From the NCBI GenBank assembly GCA_963823445.1, contig CAWGLT010000010.1:2760-66759 (forward strand): a DNA stretch of 64,000 bases, read 5' to 3'. Below the pieces are notes generated by a model. It did not search any database. It was not told the origin of the DNA and saw only the letters and a program-made list of their open reading frames with translations. Position numbers and translations under genes: made by a program. The DNA comes from an uncultured Acidobacteriota bacterium (lineage in GTDB: Bacteria; Acidobacteriota; Thermoanaerobaculia; Thermoanaerobaculales; Sulfomarinibacteraceae). This document shows, one piece after another, positions 61,217 through 64,000 of this stretch (its first letter is position 1; each line of letters opens with the position of its first letter).

Positions 61217-63148
61217 TCAGTCGACGTGGGAAACCGGGATCTCGCGTTCAAAAGGCTCCCTACACGGAGTGTTCGGATCGTAAATCCGGAAACCCCCGGC
61301 CTTGTCCGCGATATAGAACAACCCGTCGGCGGCCTTGACGTTCGTCGTGTCGATGGGCAAGCGAGATCGTTGGTGAGGGGCCGCGGGATTTGAAACGTCG
61401 ATGACGTGGACGAACTGTCTGAAGGTGAAATAGTCCCCAGAGTCCGCCACAAGCACGACACCGTCGGAGACCGCGACGTCGACCGCTCTCGGCCACTCGC
61501 CCTCGAGCCGGATCTCTCCGACCTGGAATGGTTGGGTAGGATCCGAGACATCGACGATGCGGAGCAACCAGTAGTCTGCGATGTATGCCAGTGGACCGTC
61601 AACGGCGATCGCTTCGGCGAAGAGCGGAGTTTGAAGTGATCCGACCAGCGTCGGTTCCGCGGCGTTGCCGACATCGAAGATGTACAGTCCGCCGTCGGAA
61701 TCGTCCAAACCGTCTTCGCTGATGACGAATACGAGATCGCCGTCGACGGCAAGATCCATGGAAACTCCGGGGACCGGGGCGCTCGCGATGAGCACTGGCG
61801 CCGCTGGATCGGCGAGATCGTAGACCTCGAGATCGCTCGCTTCGAACCAAGGTAACGACGTGGTGAAGAGGTGGCCCGCGGAGACCTCGATCGCCGCCGC
61901 CTGGTCGTCGAAATAGGCGGCAGGGAGAGGCGCCGCCGGGTCGCTGACATCGATGGCGGTGAGAGGCCAGACGGAGTAGAGATAGTCGCCGGCCGCGGCG
62001 AGATCCCAAAATCCTCTGGCCGGATCGAGATCGAGGGTCGAGCCGAGCAAGACCGGTTGGGACGGCCGACTGGCGTCAAACACTCGAATCCCGTCTCCGT
62101 TCTCGAGTGCTGAGCCGAGATAGACGTTGGAGCCGGAAACTACAAGCGCGTTTCCACGTCTTGGTACGTCGTACGATCCCGTTTCCGACAGGTATTGGCC
62201 GGAGCTGAAATCGAACACAAGCAAGCCGTCGCCCTCGTTGGCGGCGAGGAGCAGATTTCCAACCATTGCCAGCCCTCTGGCGTAGTTCCCGTTCGAACCG
62301 GTGCTGCGATATGTCGTCCTGATGGGATCGGTGGGATCCGAGATATCGAGGACGCTCACACCGAGAGGACCGAGGAACACGTGGTCGCCGCGGACCACGA
62401 TCGCTTTGTACTCGTCCTCGATGTTGTTGTACTCGCCAAGCCACACCGGATCGGTGGGGTCGGCGGCATCGTAGATCTGGAGGCCGCGATAACTCGTCCC
62501 GATCAGAGCGAGGTTGTCGTGGATCGTGATGACGTTGACAATGGTGTTCGGCTGGAAAGAACCGACAACCACGGGGTCCGATGGTCGACTGATGTCGACG
62601 ATTGCAATCCTCCAGCCCGTCGCGACGTATGCATAGCCGCCGATGGGGACCGCCTCGTCGACCGGGCGGTCAAACGCCATGGAAGAGACTTCTCGCGGAG
62701 CTCGAGGATCACCGATGTCCACCAGGCGTAACCCGCCCCAATGGTCGGCGACGAGCGCGATCTCGCCGGTCACGGCGACACGAACGGCGTTGCCCGGGGT
62801 GTCGACCCTCCCGATGAGCACCGGGGAGTCCGGTTCGGTGAGATCGACCAGCAGCAACCCGGCGTTCGATGCGGCGATGAAGGCGATCCCGTCCCGGACC
62901 TCGAGATCGAGGATGATGTCGGGCAGTTCGAGTTCGGCCAGGATTGCAATCTCCCCCGTGCCGTGAACTGTCGCCACCACGAGGTAGATTCCGGACCCGA
63001 AATAGACGAGCTCTTCGGATGCAGCGACGGCGCGCGAGGGCCCGTAGCCCCAGCGACCCACCATCGATCCACAGTTGCCTCCGGCTGAGGCGGTCAAGGC
63101 AAAGAACACAATGCCGATGCAGAACAACCCTCGACCGATGTCATGCAT
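61217..63148 (-). CDS. Secreted LVIVD-repeat beta-propeller protein
   Basis: Signal peptide; many GLxxxDxSDPxxP repeats. Confidence 0.88.
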   Translation of the reverse strand: MHDIGRGLFCIGIVFFALTASAGGNCGSMVGRWGYGPSRAVAASEELVYFGSGIYLVVATVHGTGEIAILAELELPDIILDLEVRDGIAFIAASNAGLLLVDLTEPDSPVLIGRVDTPGNAVRVAVTGEIALVADHWGGLRLVDIGDPRAPREVSSMAFDRPVDEAVPIGGYAYVATGWRIAIVDISRPSDPVVVGSFQPNTIVNVITIHDNLALIGTSYRGLQIYDAADPTDPVWLGEYNNIEDEYKAIVVRGDHVFLGPLGVSVLDISDPTDPIRTTYRSTGSNGNYARGLAMVGNLLLAANEGDGLLVFDFSSGQYLSETGSYDVPRRGNALVVSGSNVYLGSALENGDGIRVFDASRPSQPVLLGSTLDLDPARGFWDLAAAGDYLYSVWPLTAIDVSDPAAPLPAAYFDDQAAAIEVSAGHLFTTSLPWFEASDLEVYDLADPAAPVLIASAPVPGVSMDLAVDGDLVFVISEDGLDDSDGGLYIFDVGNAAEPTLVGSLQTPLFAEAIAVDGPLAYIADYWLLRIVDVSDPTQPFQVGEIRLEGEWPRAVDVAVSDGVVLVADSGDYFTFRQFVHVIDVSNPAAPHQRSRLPIDTTNVKAADGLFYIADKAGGFRIYDPNTPCREPFEREIPVSHVD

Positions 63149-63283
63149 GGGAGTCACCTCAACCGGTGATACGTTCGGGATTGGGAGTTTGTTTTGTTCG
63201 AAGGCCAAAAAGAAAACGGCAGCGCTCAACGTCGAACGTCTAACGTCTCACTCCTGACCCCCCGCCGATCACCGGAATCGCGT

Positions 63284-64000
63284 TCACCTCCGGTCGATCG
63301 CTTCGGGAAAACGCGAACACAGATGCTCGGCGAGCGCGGTGATGGTGAGCGACGGATTCACTCCGAGGTTGGCGCCGATCACCGATCCGTCCATGACATA
63401 GAGACCCTTGTGGCCGTAGACCTCGCCGTTGGGGTCGATGACGCCGGTCTCGGGCCCCGATCCGATGGCGCACCCACCGAGGATGTGCGCGGTTGACCCG
63501 GTGTTGAGAAAGACCTCGTTGACGCTGTTCTGGGCGACGCCGTCGAGCTCCACCGCAACTTCACGGGCGACCTCGTTGGCGACCGGAACATAGGATGGGA
63601 TCCCCGGTTGACCGGGTTGGGGTTGCGAGGTCAGCGCCCGGCTGAAGGGCCAGAGCCACTGCCGCTCACGGACGAGTCTGGTGTGGTTGTCAACGGTCTG
63701 CATGGCCATGAGGACAACCGAGTGTTCGGCCTTGCCCCAAGGCTTGGTCACCCTCCAGAAATCGAGGGGGTGGCGCAGGACGTTCCAGAGCCACCGCAGC
63801 GGCCGGGGAAGCCCGGGACCGCCGTCGGCGAGCATGGTGCCGAGGAGGAGCATGACGTCGGAGCCCTTCGAAAAACGGACCGCCTCCATGTGGGTGACAT
63901 CATCGACCTCGACCTTGGCGGCGATGGCGACGCCCTCCCAGAGATCGTTCCGGCTCCGGGATGTCATCCCCAGCAGGGCCTCGGAGTTGGTTCTGACGAC
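63284..64000 (-). CDS. GMC oxidoreductase, cholesterol-oxidase-like (3' part; start outside window)
   Basis: TAHILGGCAIG, GLYVMDGS, NLGVNPSLTITALAE. Confidence 0.88.
   Translation of the reverse strand, partial: VVRTNSEALLGMTSRSRNDLWEGVAIAAKVEVDDVTHMEAVRFSKGSDVMLLLGTMLADGGPGLPRPLRWLWNVLRHPLDFWRVTKPWGKAEHSVVLMAMQTVDNHTRLVRERQWLWPFSRALTSQPQPGQPGIPSYVPVANEVAREVAVELDGVAQNSVNEVFLNTGSTAHILGGCAIGSGPETGVIDPNGEVYGHKGLYVMDGSVIGANLGVNPSLTITALAEHLCSRFPEAIDRR

Overview
GC-rich bacterial chromosomal window, probably Acidobacteriota (inferred from the ADOP-type permeases paired with PadR). About 1-18.7 kb is accessory. It holds a diverged tandem duplication of a sigma54 two-component system whose junction clips an efflux adaptor gene, a DUF502 gene, an mscS remnant, secreted proteins, two ADOP permeases, PadR, a CNNM protein, an IS91-like remnant and an unusual BrnA-MNT fusion next to a HepT toxin. 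About 19-64 kb is mostly housekeeping: imuA-imuB-dnaE2, nfnAB-like genes, DUF4388, sodA, hemA-C-D-B-L-E-N divergent from sdhCAB, an SPFH/zinc-ribbon operon, an OMP, flotillin, a SulP-STAS-rhodanese fusion, a PG-binding CHAP protein, recD2, an LVIVD protein and a partial cholesterol-oxidase-like gene. The most striking signal is non-coding, with three parts. (i) Mosaic palindromic cassettes of 0.3-1.2 kb punctuated by CATCGCA/TGCGATG, which share shuffled, covarying structured modules. (ii) An AT-rich heptamer palindrome carrying the same tag, inserted in frame as 34 aa in both DnaE2 and ImuB and supplying stop codons elsewhere. (iii) A separate GGTGCC-tagged hairpin family that marks gene boundaries in the accessory region. 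Four single-base frameshifts in conserved genes look like sequencing errors. No rRNA, tRNA or CRISPR array was seen. All family calls are by-eye motif recognition; no searches were run.
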